Shown: one piece after another, positions 21,068 through 30,911 of the stretch | How positions within the stretch are numbered: position 1 is the stretch's first letter | Layout: each line of letters begins with the position of its first letter | NCBI GenBank assembly: GCA_016218405.1 | Contig: JACREE010000022.1 | Span: 1 to 59,523, forward strand | Reading direction: 5' to 3' | From: Gammaproteobacteria bacterium | Lineage (GTDB): Bacteria; Pseudomonadota; Gammaproteobacteria; HIGHO2-12-38-15 | Length of the DNA stretch: 59,523 nucleotides | Position numbers and translations under genes: made by a program | Notes under the pieces: generated by a model | The model's input: the letters and a program-made list of their open reading frames with translations, nothing else | Databases searched by the model: none | Told to the model about the DNA's origin: nothing

Positions 21068-22141
21068 CTATTTTGCTCCTTCTTCTAGCGCTTTTACGCG
21101 CAAGGCGAGTTCATTTAGGTGTCGTAAACGAACAATATTTTTTTTCCATTCTTTATTGGTGAAAAGCCCTGTACCCGAAGAATACAGCCCAGGTTCATCA
21201 ATGGATTTGGTGACCATTGCCATGCCAGTGATGGTGACATTGTCCGTGATGTGGAGGTGCCCTGCAAAGCCCACTCCCCCAGCAATGATGCAATTTTTAC
21301 CAATTCGTGTGCTGCCAGAGATACCCGTGCAAGCCGCAATGGCTGTATTTTCACCTATTTGGACATTATGTGCAATTTGGATGAGGTTATCGAGTTTAAC
21401 GCCGTCAGCAAGGGAGGTGGCTTCAAGGGTGCCTCGATCAATGGTGGTATTGGCCCCAATCTCAACGTGATTACCAATCACAACACTACCTAGCTGAGGG
21501 ACTTTTTGCCAACCTTCTGGGCTGGGTTGGTAACCAAAGCCATCGCTGCCAATGACGGCACCGCTGTGGATGGCGGTGTGATGACCTATGCTGACAAAGG
21601 AGTAACAGGTAACGCGGGGCCAGAGAATGCAATGAGCGCCGAGTTGGCTGTGGTGGCCAATGAGGCTATGAGCATGAATGGCGGTGTGTTCTCCAAGGGT
21701 GACATGGTCTTCAATGATGACATAGGGACCAATGTAAACACTGGATGGAATCACGCAGTGTTGACCGATTTGGGCGGTGGGGTGGATGCCAGGTGTAAGC
21801 GCACAGGTGTGTGAGAAAAGCGCGGCCACCTTGGTAAAACTGAGATAAGGTTGTTTGCTGATCAGGGCATGAGTGGGGCAATGCGGCAGATCCTCTTCTG
21901 TCAAAATCACCGCCGAAGCTTGAGTATTTTTTAAGTGTTGCGTGTGTTTGCCGTTTTCGCAGAAAGTCAGGGCTCCCGCCTTGGCATTTGTCAAAGAGGC
22001 AACAGTGGAAATAACACAGCTGCCGTCACCTCTTAGCGTGGTGCCTATTTTCTGATTGATGTCTGCCAAGGTGAAAGAGGGCTGACTTGTTATATTTTTT
22101 TCGAAGTCTGCGTCATTTGCCTTGTTGTTACTCCGCGACAT
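21068..22141 (-). CDS. lpxD: UDP-3-O-acylglucosamine N-acyltransferase
   Basis: IGSDGFGY, IGANTTIDRG, KLDNLIQIAHNV; start placed at ATG 22141 just after the skp stop. Confidence 0.95.
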   Translation of the reverse strand: MSRSNNKANDADFEKNITSQPSFTLADINQKIGTTLRGDGSCVISTVASLTNAKAGALTFCENGKHTQHLKNTQASAVILTEEDLPHCPTHALISKQPYLSFTKVAALFSHTCALTPGIHPTAQIGQHCVIPSSVYIGPYVIIEDHVTLGEHTAIHAHSLIGHHSQLGAHCILWPRVTCYSFVSIGHHTAIHSGAVIGSDGFGYQPSPEGWQKVPQLGSVVIGNHVEIGANTTIDRGTLEATSLADGVKLDNLIQIAHNVQIGENTAIAACTGISGSTRIGKNCIIAGGVGFAGHLHITDNVTITGMAMVTKSIDEPGLYSSGTGLFTNKEWKKNIVRLRHLNELALRVKALEEGAK

Positions 22142-22142
22142 T

Positions 22143-22661
22143 TTATTTTTTATCCAAGATAGCGAGCACAGGTTCAGTGACATCTAACTTAGATGTGCTA
22201 TAGGCAGCGGCTTGTTTTAAGAGAACAAGATCATAGTGTTGTTCGGTAGCCACTTTGTTAACGGCAGCTTTGAGTGTTTCCATGAATTTAGCCATGGCTT
22301 GATCTTGTGCGGAATTAATAGTTTGTTGAAAATTATCTTGTTCGCCACGTAAATTACTGCGGTCGGCCAAGATTTTGTCTTGTAGGCTGCTGCGTTCTTT
22401 TTCTGTCATGGTGGCGTTGTCACGATTGAGCTTGTCAATTTCAGCTTGGACGGCTTGTTGTTCTTTCATGATTTTGTCATGGATAGGGCGAAAACGTTTT
22501 TCAAGATCTTTATTGATCACTGCAATTTGAGGTGCAGTACGCAATATTCTTTCTGCATCCAAAATACCAATTTTCATGCTAGACGGTGCATCTGCTGCAA
22601 AAGCCGCAGCGGAAGTGAAGAATCCAAAAGCAAGTAATAATAAACAAGATAATTTTTTCAT
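22143..22661 (-). CDS. skp: Periplasmic chaperone Skp/OmpH
   Basis: Signal peptide, KIGILD, coiled coil, YDLVL, DVTEPV; between bamA and lpxD; GGGAG 6 nt before ATG 22661. Confidence 0.9.
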   Translation of the reverse strand: MKKLSCLLLLAFGFFTSAAAFAADAPSSMKIGILDAERILRTAPQIAVINKDLEKRFRPIHDKIMKEQQAVQAEIDKLNRDNATMTEKERSSLQDKILADRSNLRGEQDNFQQTINSAQDQAMAKFMETLKAAVNKVATEQHYDLVLLKQAAAYSTSKLDVTEPVLAILDKK

Positions 22662-22671
22662 TAACATCTCC

Positions 22672-24963
22672 CTAGTCGAGATTGGTTCCGAGTGAAAATT
22701 GAAAAGGTTGAGTTTCATCTCCCGTGCGCGAATTTAACGGCAGGGCGGCGCTTAAGTTAAGTAAAAAATTGAGCATAGGAACTTGCCATTCAGCGGCTAT
22801 ACCGGATGAATAACGAAGTTGACTCAATTGGACACTGCCGTGGTAGGTATTATAAACGTTACCGCCATCAATAAATACAGAGGTTCTGAGGTTTTTGACA
22901 GGGTTGGGGAAAATAAGTGCTGCTGTGCCTGTGAGTAAGGTGTTGCCGCCTAAGGGCACGCCGAGTGAATCACGGGGACCCAGTGAGTTTGTGTCATAAC
23001 CTCGCACGGAGCCGAGGATGCCTGTTCCCCCTGCGTAGTAGTTTTTAAAGAAGGGCAGCTCAGCTGAACCACCATAACCAAAACCATACCCGGCATTGCC
23101 CACGAGTGAAGCCGTGAAAATATGATTGAGTTGATGATAGTAATGGGCATGATAGGTAATTTTCATGTAATCAAGCGGCGTGCCTACCAAGGGGCCTGAA
23201 ATTTCACTGTTAAGCGATTGGTATAATCCTTTGGTGGGGAAGAAGGCTTTGTCGTAACCGTTGCGTGACCAGCCTAGGGTGAATAAAGCTTGGTTAAAAT
23301 AACGACCATTCTGTTGGATAAAATAAGAAACTTGTTCAGCCACTAATCCGCCAGGATTTAACTGTGTATTTTGTAAGCCAAAACCCAGGTGGATGGCATC
23401 ATCGAGTGGGCTGATGGGAATGACGTAGTTGACGTTACCACCAAAAAGATCAGTGGTGTAATTAACTGTGTTGAGGCGTCCGGGAGTGTTACGTGTGTAG
23501 AAAACATTAAACCCGCGTTGTACACCGTCTAGGGTGTAATACGGATTATTGTAGGAAATACTGTAATTTTGCCCCATGAGGCTGGTGCTGGCATTGATGC
23601 CTAGGTATTTTCCCGAACCTAGGAAATCATTTTGATTGAGCTGTGCGCTGAGCGTCAGACCGTTCGTACCATACCCTGCTGAGAAAAGTGCTTGAGCAGA
23701 AGGGCCTTCTTTAACGTGATAATTTAAGTCAACTTGATCGGGTTTGTCTGGGACGGGCACCGTTTTTAAGTCAACGTCTTCTAAGTAGCCCAGGAGTTTT
23801 AAACGTCGTGTCGATTGTTCTACTTTTTTGATGGCGATGACCCCCCCTTCTGGTTGTCGCATTTCACGGCGCAATACCACCTCGGAAGTTTTTACATTGC
23901 CTGAAAAATTAATTTTTCTTACATAAATACGCTGACCTGGTTCAATGAAAAAAGTCATGGCAACGGTTTTATTTTTTTCATCAATTTTAGGGATAGGGCT
24001 GACTGATGCGAAGGCGTACCCTTTATTTCCCAGGGCTTCTGAAATGGCTTGGGCCGTTTCTTGAATGGTGATACGAGAAAAAGTGTCATTTGCTTTTACT
24101 TTAGAAAGGGACGTTAATTCTTTTTCAGAGAGGATGGGTTTGCCCGCCCAGTTGACTTGGGTGAGTCGATAGACAGGGCCTTCATTGAGTTTGAAGTTGA
24201 TGTAGACATAATTATGATCAGGGGTAACGGTGACTTGAGTTGATTCCACTTTGAATTGAACATAGCCGTGATCAAGGTAAAAATTAGAAAGGTCGGTGCT
24301 AGCAGTGGCGAGTTTTTCTTGAGAGAACAGGTTTCTGTGTTTAATGAATGAAAAAAAGCCGGTATTGAGGGGGAGTTCACCTAATAATTTTTTGCTAGAA
24401 AAAGCCTGATTACCGACGAAGGTGATGTCTTTAATCACGGCTGTGCGACCCTCTGAAACAGTGATGATGATTTCAACGCGATTGCGAGAAAGTTTATTAA
24501 CGGTGGGAGTGATTTTAACGTTATATTTTCCGTGATTTTCATATTCAGCTTGCAAACTTGCGATGAACTTATCGAGCGCAGCTTGGTTGAAGGTGAGGCC
24601 ATCAATTAAGCCAATATTTTTCAATACATTGTCGATTTGTTCTTTTGAAATGTCGCTGTTGCCTGACACTGTGATGCTTGCGATGGTGGGGCGTTCGACA
24701 ACGTGGATGATAAGCGTATTGTTGCTATGGCTGATGCTGACAGATTCAAAAAAGCCTGTTTCGTAGAGTGCATTAATAATTTGGGCTGTTTTTTGAGAGC
24801 TAAGGGTATCACCTGTTTTGATGGGCAGGTAGTCGCTGGCTGTTTCATTTGAAATACGCTGTAAACCTTCAAAGCGAATTGAGGAAATGGTAAAGCGGGT
24901 TTCTGCATGAGCCAAGGCCATACTGAATAATAAAATGCTAATAAGGATGCTTCTGAATTTCAA
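22672..24963 (-). CDS. bamA: Outer-membrane protein assembly factor BamA
   Basis: POTRA repeats (IRFEGLQRIS, VVERPTI, VLRREMRQ), VRGY motif, C-terminal FQFSLG. Confidence 0.96.
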   Translation of the reverse strand: MKFRSILISILLFSMALAHAETRFTISSIRFEGLQRISNETASDYLPIKTGDTLSSQKTAQIINALYETGFFESVSISHSNNTLIIHVVERPTIASITVSGNSDISKEQIDNVLKNIGLIDGLTFNQAALDKFIASLQAEYENHGKYNVKITPTVNKLSRNRVEIIITVSEGRTAVIKDITFVGNQAFSSKKLLGELPLNTGFFSFIKHRNLFSQEKLATASTDLSNFYLDHGYVQFKVESTQVTVTPDHNYVYINFKLNEGPVYRLTQVNWAGKPILSEKELTSLSKVKANDTFSRITIQETAQAISEALGNKGYAFASVSPIPKIDEKNKTVAMTFFIEPGQRIYVRKINFSGNVKTSEVVLRREMRQPEGGVIAIKKVEQSTRRLKLLGYLEDVDLKTVPVPDKPDQVDLNYHVKEGPSAQALFSAGYGTNGLTLSAQLNQNDFLGSGKYLGINASTSLMGQNYSISYNNPYYTLDGVQRGFNVFYTRNTPGRLNTVNYTTDLFGGNVNYVIPISPLDDAIHLGFGLQNTQLNPGGLVAEQVSYFIQQNGRYFNQALFTLGWSRNGYDKAFFPTKGLYQSLNSEISGPLVGTPLDYMKITYHAHYYHQLNHIFTASLVGNAGYGFGYGGSAELPFFKNYYAGGTGILGSVRGYDTNSLGPRDSLGVPLGGNTLLTGTAALIFPNPVKNLRTSVFIDGGNVYNTYHGSVQLSQLRYSSGIAAEWQVPMLNFLLNLSAALPLNSRTGDETQPFQFSLGTNLD

Positions 24964-24976
24964 AATAATCTCCAGC

Positions 24977-25777
24977 CTATAGAAGTGTTAGCCATATTAT
25001 CCCTAATGTAAAAAACGGCGTGGCAGCCAGTAGTCCATCAATGCGATCCAATAATCCTCCATGCCCGGGGAGGAGTGTACCGCTGTCTTTAACTTTATAA
25101 ATGCGTTTGATCATACTTTCGTACAGATCGCCCACTACACAAATACCACCCGTCAACAAGCTGAGGAAGCTTAAGGCCAGCAGCATGGTGGGGGATAGTT
25201 TTAACAAAAAACCGCTTACTATACCAACGCTAAGGGAAGCTAACAAAGCACCTACGAGGCCTTCTATGGTTTTTTTGGGGCTGATGCCTGGGGCTAAGGG
25301 GTGTTTACCCCAGCGTCGTCCTACAAAGTAAGCACAAGAATCGGAGGCCCAGACGACGACAAGATTAATTAAAACGAAAAAAGGGCCCAGGGCGCCTAAT
25401 CGTAATAAGTTCAAACCAAGCCACGCCGTGAGTAAGAAAAAGCTACCCACAGCAGCATGTAGATAGGGATGTTGCCAGTGCGCCTGAGGATGTTGTTGGA
25501 AACGAAATAATAAACCTGGAATAAATAGCCAAATAATAGCGCTAGGTGCTAAAAGAAACAGGGCATTGATAAAACCTGATAAGAAAAAGGCGATCACAGT
25601 AAGGAGTAAATAAAGCAATTGTTGTTTTTTCGAAAAGCCGAGCAGTTTTCCCCACTCAAGCGCACCATAGAGAAAGATAAGCGCAGAGATCAGTGCAAAC
25701 CACGTGGGTGAGGTGTAAAAAATAGCCAGTAAAACGAGGAGAATGAGGGGAACAGCAGTGAGAATGCGAATGTACAT
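24977..25777 (-). CDS. cdsA: Phosphatidate cytidylyltransferase
   Basis: WASDSCAYFVG, ISPKKTIEG, KDSGTLLPGHGGLLDRIDG. Confidence 0.95.
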   Translation of the reverse strand: MYIRILTAVPLILLVLLAIFYTSPTWFALISALIFLYGALEWGKLLGFSKKQQLLYLLLTVIAFFLSGFINALFLLAPSAIIWLFIPGLLFRFQQHPQAHWQHPYLHAAVGSFFLLTAWLGLNLLRLGALGPFFVLINLVVVWASDSCAYFVGRRWGKHPLAPGISPKKTIEGLVGALLASLSVGIVSGFLLKLSPTMLLALSFLSLLTGGICVVGDLYESMIKRIYKVKDSGTLLPGHGGLLDRIDGLLAATPFFTLGIIWLTLL

Positions 25778-25807
25778 AAGGGAACTCCTTCAACAGGCTC
25801 TGTTTGT

Positions 25808-26554
25808 TTAAGCTTGTTCGGCAGCCGCCACGACCTTGCCATAGCGTCGATCGCGTTGCGAATAAGTGCGTAATGCGTCATCCAGTGCGGCTTCATCAAA
25901 ATCAGGCCAATGTTTCGATGTAAAATAAAGCTCTGTGTAAGCCAATTGCCAAAGTAAAAAATTACTGATGCGTTGCTCGCCACTGGTGCGGATAAAAAGA
26001 TCGGGTTCGGGCAAGTTGGCGGTACTCAAGTATGATGCAAAGAGATCAGATGTGACCGCTTCAGGTGTTAAAAGCCCCGCTTGTACCTGGGCCGCAATTT
26101 TTTTAGTGGCTTCTAGAATATCCCAGCGGCCGCCGTAGTCGATAGCCAAATTAAGTTTTAAGCCTGTGTTACCTGAGGTGAGCTGAGTTGTTTTGTGGAT
26201 CCAACTGAGCAAATCAGAGTGAAAATGAGTGGTATCGCCCATGAAACGAATTCGAACCTGATTTTTATGCAGTTGATTAATTTCTCGCTGTAAGACCGTG
26301 AGGAAAAGTTTCATCAGGTGAGCTACTTCATCTTCTGGGCGTGTCCAATTTTCACTGCTAAATGCAAAAAGTGTGAGGGCTTCAATGCCCCTTTCAGCGC
26401 AGGCTTGCACCACTTTGCGCACGGCCTTTACCCCCGCATGATGACCCGCAATGCGAGGCAAGCCTTTTTTTTGAGCCCAACGGCCATTGCCATCCAATAT
26501 AATAGCAATGTGTCGTGGTAACCTAAGTTGTGTGTGTTCGAGATGGGGCGCCAT
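25808..26554 (-). CDS. uppS: Undecaprenyl diphosphate synthase
   Basis: HIAIILDGNGRWA, FSSENWTRP, IRTSGEQRISNFLLWQ. Confidence 0.96.
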   Translation of the reverse strand: MAPHLEHTQLRLPRHIAIILDGNGRWAQKKGLPRIAGHHAGVKAVRKVVQACAERGIEALTLFAFSSENWTRPEDEVAHLMKLFLTVLQREINQLHKNQVRIRFMGDTTHFHSDLLSWIHKTTQLTSGNTGLKLNLAIDYGGRWDILEATKKIAAQVQAGLLTPEAVTSDLFASYLSTANLPEPDLFIRTSGEQRISNFLLWQLAYTELYFTSKHWPDFDEAALDDALRTYSQRDRRYGKVVAAAEQA

Positions 26555-26634
26555 AAATTTAAGAGAAAATCCATTTATTATTGAGTACTAGGGTGGGGAG
26601 TATACCTCTCGCTTTAAAAGTTTCAAAACATCGA

Positions 26635-27387
26635 TCAGCGCTGGGCGGGATCCTGGCGCTGGCGGTTAACTTCGAAAAGGGAGACGGCACAGGCGTTGGA
26701 AACATTGAGGCTTTCAACTTGACCGCGCATGGGGATATGAATGAGAAAATCGCAGAGCTCTTTGGTGAGGCGGCGCATGCCACTGCCTTCTGAACCTAAA
26801 ATAAGGCCAATAGGGCCTTTTAGATCGATATCATAAAGGCTTTGTGTGGCGCTTCCCTCTAGCCCAATGAGCCAAAGCCCTGCTTCTTTGAGCTGACGCA
26901 GTGTGCGAGCCAAGTTAGTTACCGTGATGAAAGGGGTGAACTGATCAGCGCCGCAAGCGACTTTGCGGACGGTGGGGGTGAGTGCGACAGCATTGTCTTT
27001 GGGGGCGATGACGGCCGTGACGCCTGCGGCGTTGGCGCTCCTTAAGCAAGCACCCAGATTATGAGGATCTTGTACGCCATCTAAGATGAGAAACAGGGGA
27101 TCGGTTGTCTGCTGAAAGAGTGTTAGGATGTCGCTTTCTTGATAAGAAGGCGTGTCTTGAATATAAGCGAGTAGACCCTGGTGGACGGCGTCTTTGTCGA
27201 GTTGTGCTAAAAATTGATCCTTAGGTAAAACGTGAATAGTGATGTTATTTTTTTTGGCAAGGCCGATTACTTTTTGTAAGCGTGGGTTGGTGTTGTGTTC
27301 CAGTATAACGAGTGATTGGATTTGCTTTGCATCCCGTGTTAACAGGGCTTCGATGGGATGTAAACCATAAAGAGGAGAGGTGCTCAT
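26635..27387 (-). CDS. rlmB: 23S rRNA (guanosine-2251-2'-O)-methyltransferase
   Basis: HQG, LDGVQDPHNLGACLRSA, GSEGSGMRRL, SLNVS SPOUT motifs. Confidence 0.92.
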   Translation of the reverse strand: MSTSPLYGLHPIEALLTRDAKQIQSLVILEHNTNPRLQKVIGLAKKNNITIHVLPKDQFLAQLDKDAVHQGLLAYIQDTPSYQESDILTLFQQTTDPLFLILDGVQDPHNLGACLRSANAAGVTAVIAPKDNAVALTPTVRKVACGADQFTPFITVTNLARTLRQLKEAGLWLIGLEGSATQSLYDIDLKGPIGLILGSEGSGMRRLTKELCDFLIHIPMRGQVESLNVSNACAVSLFEVNRQRQDPAQR

Positions 27388-27405
27388 GGGGACCTATTTT
27401 TAAAT

Positions 27406-29223
27406 GTGGATAAGATGATTGATATTAATGCTTTTTTGAAAAATGTCACGACTCAACCGGGTGTGTATAAAATGCTGGGTGAGGGTGGTGAGGTTTTGTA
27501 CGTTGGGAAAGCAAGAAATTTAAAAAAACGCTTGAATAGTTATTTTCATAAATCACACGAGGATATCAAAACCCAGGCTTTGGTAAAAAAGATTTTCCAG
27601 GTGGAGGTGATGATTACAAAAAATGAAACGGAGGCATTGTTATTAGAAAATAATTTAATTAAACAATATAAGCCACGTTTCAACGTGCTATTGCGTGATG
27701 ATAAAAGTTATCCGTATTTGTTTTTGTCTACCCAGCATCCTTTTCCACGACTCGATTTTTATCGAGGAGCTCAGAAGTTACCCGGGCGTTATTTTGGCCC
27801 CTATCCTAGTACGCAGGCTGTGCGTGAAAATTTATTATTGTTGCAGAAAATTTTTAAATTAAGAAACTGCAGTCATAGTTTTTTTGAAAACAGAAGTCGG
27901 CCGTGTTTGCAGTACCAAATTGAGCGTTGTACAGGACCCTGTGTGGGTTTGATTTCTCAGGATGAGTATGCGATAGATGTCAAACATGTTTTATTGTTTT
28001 TAGAGGGAAAAGGGCAGTCAATTTTATTAGATTTAGTGAAACGTATGGAAGATGCGTCTGAAAAATTAGATTTTGAGGCGGCGGCTCGATTTCGAAATCA
28101 ATTGGCAAGTTTGCGTAAGCTGCAAGAGCAGCAGCATGTGATGAATGTGCGTGATAAAAATGTGGATGTGGTGGTGGTAGCGCAAGCGCATGCAGAAATA
28201 GCCCTTCAAGTGTTGATGGTGCGTAATAACAGAGTGTTGGGGAATAAAACGTATTTTCCAAAAACGCCCGCTGATACGGGCTCAGAGGAAGTGCTGGAGG
28301 CATTTTTGAATCAGCATTATGTGAATTTGAATGGGTATGTGCCTTCCGTCATCATTGTGAATGAAAGATTAAAAAATAAAAAAAACATAGTGGAAGTGCT
28401 ATCTGATTATGCTCAGCATCGTGTCGCGATTTCTGATAAGGTAAGGGGAGGCAGAGCGAGTTTACTCGAAATTGCTTTGCGTAATGTCAAACAGGCTTTA
28501 ACCTTGCAGCTGGCCGATAAAAATAATGCCTATCAGCGTTTTTTGAGTTTTCAACAAGCGTTAAATTTGCTGGATATGCCTAAAAAAATAGCTTGTTTTG
28601 ATGTCAGTCATACTCGGGGCGAGGAAACCGTTGCTTCTTACGTGGTGTTCACTCAAGAGGGTGCAGCAAAATCAGAATACCGTCGATATAACATTGAGGG
28701 CGTGACGCCTGGCGATGATTATGCAGCGATGCATCAAGTGATGATGCGACGATTTGGGCAAATGTCACCTGAACTCAGGCCGGATGTGGTGTTAATCGAC
28801 GGCGGTTTGGGACAATTGCATCAAGCAGAAAAAGTATGCCATACCTTGAATATCCATGATGTGTTGTTAATCGGGGTGGCAAAAGGAAGGGAACGCAAAT
28901 CAGGGAAAGAAACACTGTGGCTGAGCGGTCAAGATTCACCCTTGGAATTGGCGTCCACTTCTTTGGCATTTCACCTTATGCAGCAAGTGAGGGATGAGTC
29001 ACATCGTTTTGCGATCACGGGGCATCGCATGAGGCGAGAAAAAAAGCGGCTTCATTCGGAATTGGAACAAATTCCAGGGGTGGGAGCAAAACGTCGTAAG
29101 GCATTATTAAATTATTTTGGTGGATGGCAAGAGGTAAAGAAAGCAAATCGAGAGGAATTGTTGAAAGTGCCTGGAATGAGCCATGCTTTGGTTGAAAAAA
29201 TTCTTGCTTATTTTGAATCATAA
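27406..29223 (+). CDS. uvrC: Excinuclease ABC subunit C
   Basis: GIY-YIG (PGVYKM, LYVGKARNLKKR), RPCLQYQIERC, IDGGLGQL, RDESHRFAI, HhH tail; start GTG 27406 or ATG 27415. Confidence 0.97.
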   Translation: MDKMIDINAFLKNVTTQPGVYKMLGEGGEVLYVGKARNLKKRLNSYFHKSHEDIKTQALVKKIFQVEVMITKNETEALLLENNLIKQYKPRFNVLLRDDKSYPYLFLSTQHPFPRLDFYRGAQKLPGRYFGPYPSTQAVRENLLLLQKIFKLRNCSHSFFENRSRPCLQYQIERCTGPCVGLISQDEYAIDVKHVLLFLEGKGQSILLDLVKRMEDASEKLDFEAAARFRNQLASLRKLQEQQHVMNVRDKNVDVVVVAQAHAEIALQVLMVRNNRVLGNKTYFPKTPADTGSEEVLEAFLNQHYVNLNGYVPSVIIVNERLKNKKNIVEVLSDYAQHRVAISDKVRGGRASLLEIALRNVKQALTLQLADKNNAYQRFLSFQQALNLLDMPKKIACFDVSHTRGEETVASYVVFTQEGAAKSEYRRYNIEGVTPGDDYAAMHQVMMRRFGQMSPELRPDVVLIDGGLGQLHQAEKVCHTLNIHDVLLIGVAKGRERKSGKETLWLSGQDSPLELASTSLAFHLMQQVRDESHRFAITGHRMRREKKRLHSELEQIPGVGAKRRKALLNYFGGWQEVKKANREELLKVPGMSHALVEKILAYFES

Positions 29224-29270
29224 ATTATGTTAAATTTTCGAGTTATGAACGTAATGACTCGACATGAGAA

Positions 29271-29831
29271 ATGGGATCAATGATGAAAATTCCGAATATT
29301 ATTACGATGTCACGTATCGTGTTAATTCCTGTTTTTATTGTGGTGTTTTATTTGCCATTGAGTTGGGGTAGCAACATAGGCAGTGCGCTTGTTTTTGCGC
29401 TGGCGGCGATGACGGATTGGTTGGATGGTTATTTGGCGAGACGTTTGTCGCAAACATCCGCCTTTGGAGCTTTTTTGGATCCGGTCGCAGATAAATTATT
29501 GGTGGCGGTGGCTTTGGTATTGATTGTGGGGCACCGACATATCCCTGCATTAGCGTTGCCTGCAGCCGTGATCATTGGGCGAGAAATCATGATTTCAGCG
29601 CTCAGAGAGTGGATGGCCGAAGTAGGCAAGCGTACCAGTGTGGCCGTGTCTGTCGTAGGGAAAATAAAAACAGTGTCACAGATGGCCGCCATTTTATGTT
29701 TGCTTGCTTACACACCGCACGGCAATTTAATGTTAGGCGTATTCGGCGCTGTCTTACTTTACGTCGCCGCTGTTTTAACCATATGGTCAATGTGTGTTTA
29801 CATGAAAGCAGCCTGGCAAGATTTGCGGTGA
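29271..29831 (+). CDS. pgsA: CDP-diacylglycerol--glycerol-3-phosphate 3-phosphatidyltransferase
   Basis: IPNIITMSR, TDWLDGYLAR, GAFLDPVADK, ISALREWMAE; follows uvrC. Confidence 0.96.
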   Translation: MGSMMKIPNIITMSRIVLIPVFIVVFYLPLSWGSNIGSALVFALAAMTDWLDGYLARRLSQTSAFGAFLDPVADKLLVAVALVLIVGHRHIPALALPAAVIIGREIMISALREWMAEVGKRTSVAVSVVGKIKTVSQMAAILCLLAYTPHGNLMLGVFGAVLLYVAAVLTIWSMCVYMKAAWQDLR

Positions 29832-29943
29832 GGGTGGATTTATGCTGACAGACTTTTTATTTAGGTGATGCTTTTTAAAAAAGGGAGAAGAGATTAGAAT
29901 GAGGCAGGTTAGTTGAGAGTGGTATTTTACAAGGATATGTTCA

Positions 29944-30885
29944 ATGAAAATATTGGTTACAGGTGGTTGCGGTTACAAAGGCAGTGTGTTGGTGCCTAAA
30001 TTATTAGAAAAAGGTTACTCTGTTCGTGTTGTTGACATTATGTGGTTTGGTAACTTCCTGAGGCCACACGCCAGTCTAGAAATTGTTCATGCAGATATTC
30101 GTTTTCCTCAACAAATATGGGTTCAAGATGTAGACGCGATTATTCATTTGGCTTCTGTGGCAAATGATCCTTGTAGTGATCTTGCGCCAAAATTAACATG
30201 GGAAATCAGTGCCTTAGCCACCATGCAATTGGCAGATTTGGCAGCGAAATGCGGTGTGAAGCAAGTTATTTATGCTTCGTCTGGGAGTGTGTATGGCGTC
30301 AGTGATGAATTACATGTCACGGAAGAGACGGCGCTTAATCCCATTTCTGAATATAATAAAACCAAAATGGTTGCGGAACGTGTGTTGTTAAGTTATGAAA
30401 AGGAATTTGCTTTACAAATTGTGAGGCCTGCCACGGTGTGTGGTTATTCTCCCCGCATGCGCTTGGATGTATCGGTGAATATGATGGTTATGCAAGCCCT
30501 GACTAAGCATGTGATGACGGTGTTTGGAGGAGCACAAACGCGTCCTAATATCCATATTGATGATATTACTGATTTATATTTATTTTTATTAGCACACCCA
30601 GAGATACGTGGAATATATAATGCGGGTTTCGAAAATTTATCTATTTTAAATATTGCGGAACGTGTTGCAGATCATGTGTCAGCAGAAATAAAAATAACAG
30701 AGTCCAATGATCCTCGTTCTTATCGTTTAGACTCTAAAAAACTTCTTCAAACAGGGTTTCAACCGAAGAAAAAAGTGGAAAATGCGATTTATGAAATCAT
30801 ACAAAGATTTCGTGCGGGCGAGTTGAGGGAAGAAGATCGTTGGTACAATATTCGCACGATGAAATCCGCAAAGGTTTGCGTGTGA
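29944..30885 (+). CDS. NAD-dependent nucleotide-sugar epimerase/dehydratase (extended SDR)
   Basis: TGGCGYKG, SSGSVYG, YNKTK (YxxxK), RPNIHIDD. Confidence 0.88.
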   Translation: MKILVTGGCGYKGSVLVPKLLEKGYSVRVVDIMWFGNFLRPHASLEIVHADIRFPQQIWVQDVDAIIHLASVANDPCSDLAPKLTWEISALATMQLADLAAKCGVKQVIYASSGSVYGVSDELHVTEETALNPISEYNKTKMVAERVLLSYEKEFALQIVRPATVCGYSPRMRLDVSVNMMVMQALTKHVMTVFGGAQTRPNIHIDDITDLYLFLLAHPEIRGIYNAGFENLSILNIAERVADHVSAEIKITESNDPRSYRLDSKKLLQTGFQPKKKVENAIYEIIQRFRAGELREEDRWYNIRTMKSAKVCV

Positions 30886-30911
30886 TGAAAAAATAAAGGA
30901 GAAAGTAAAAA

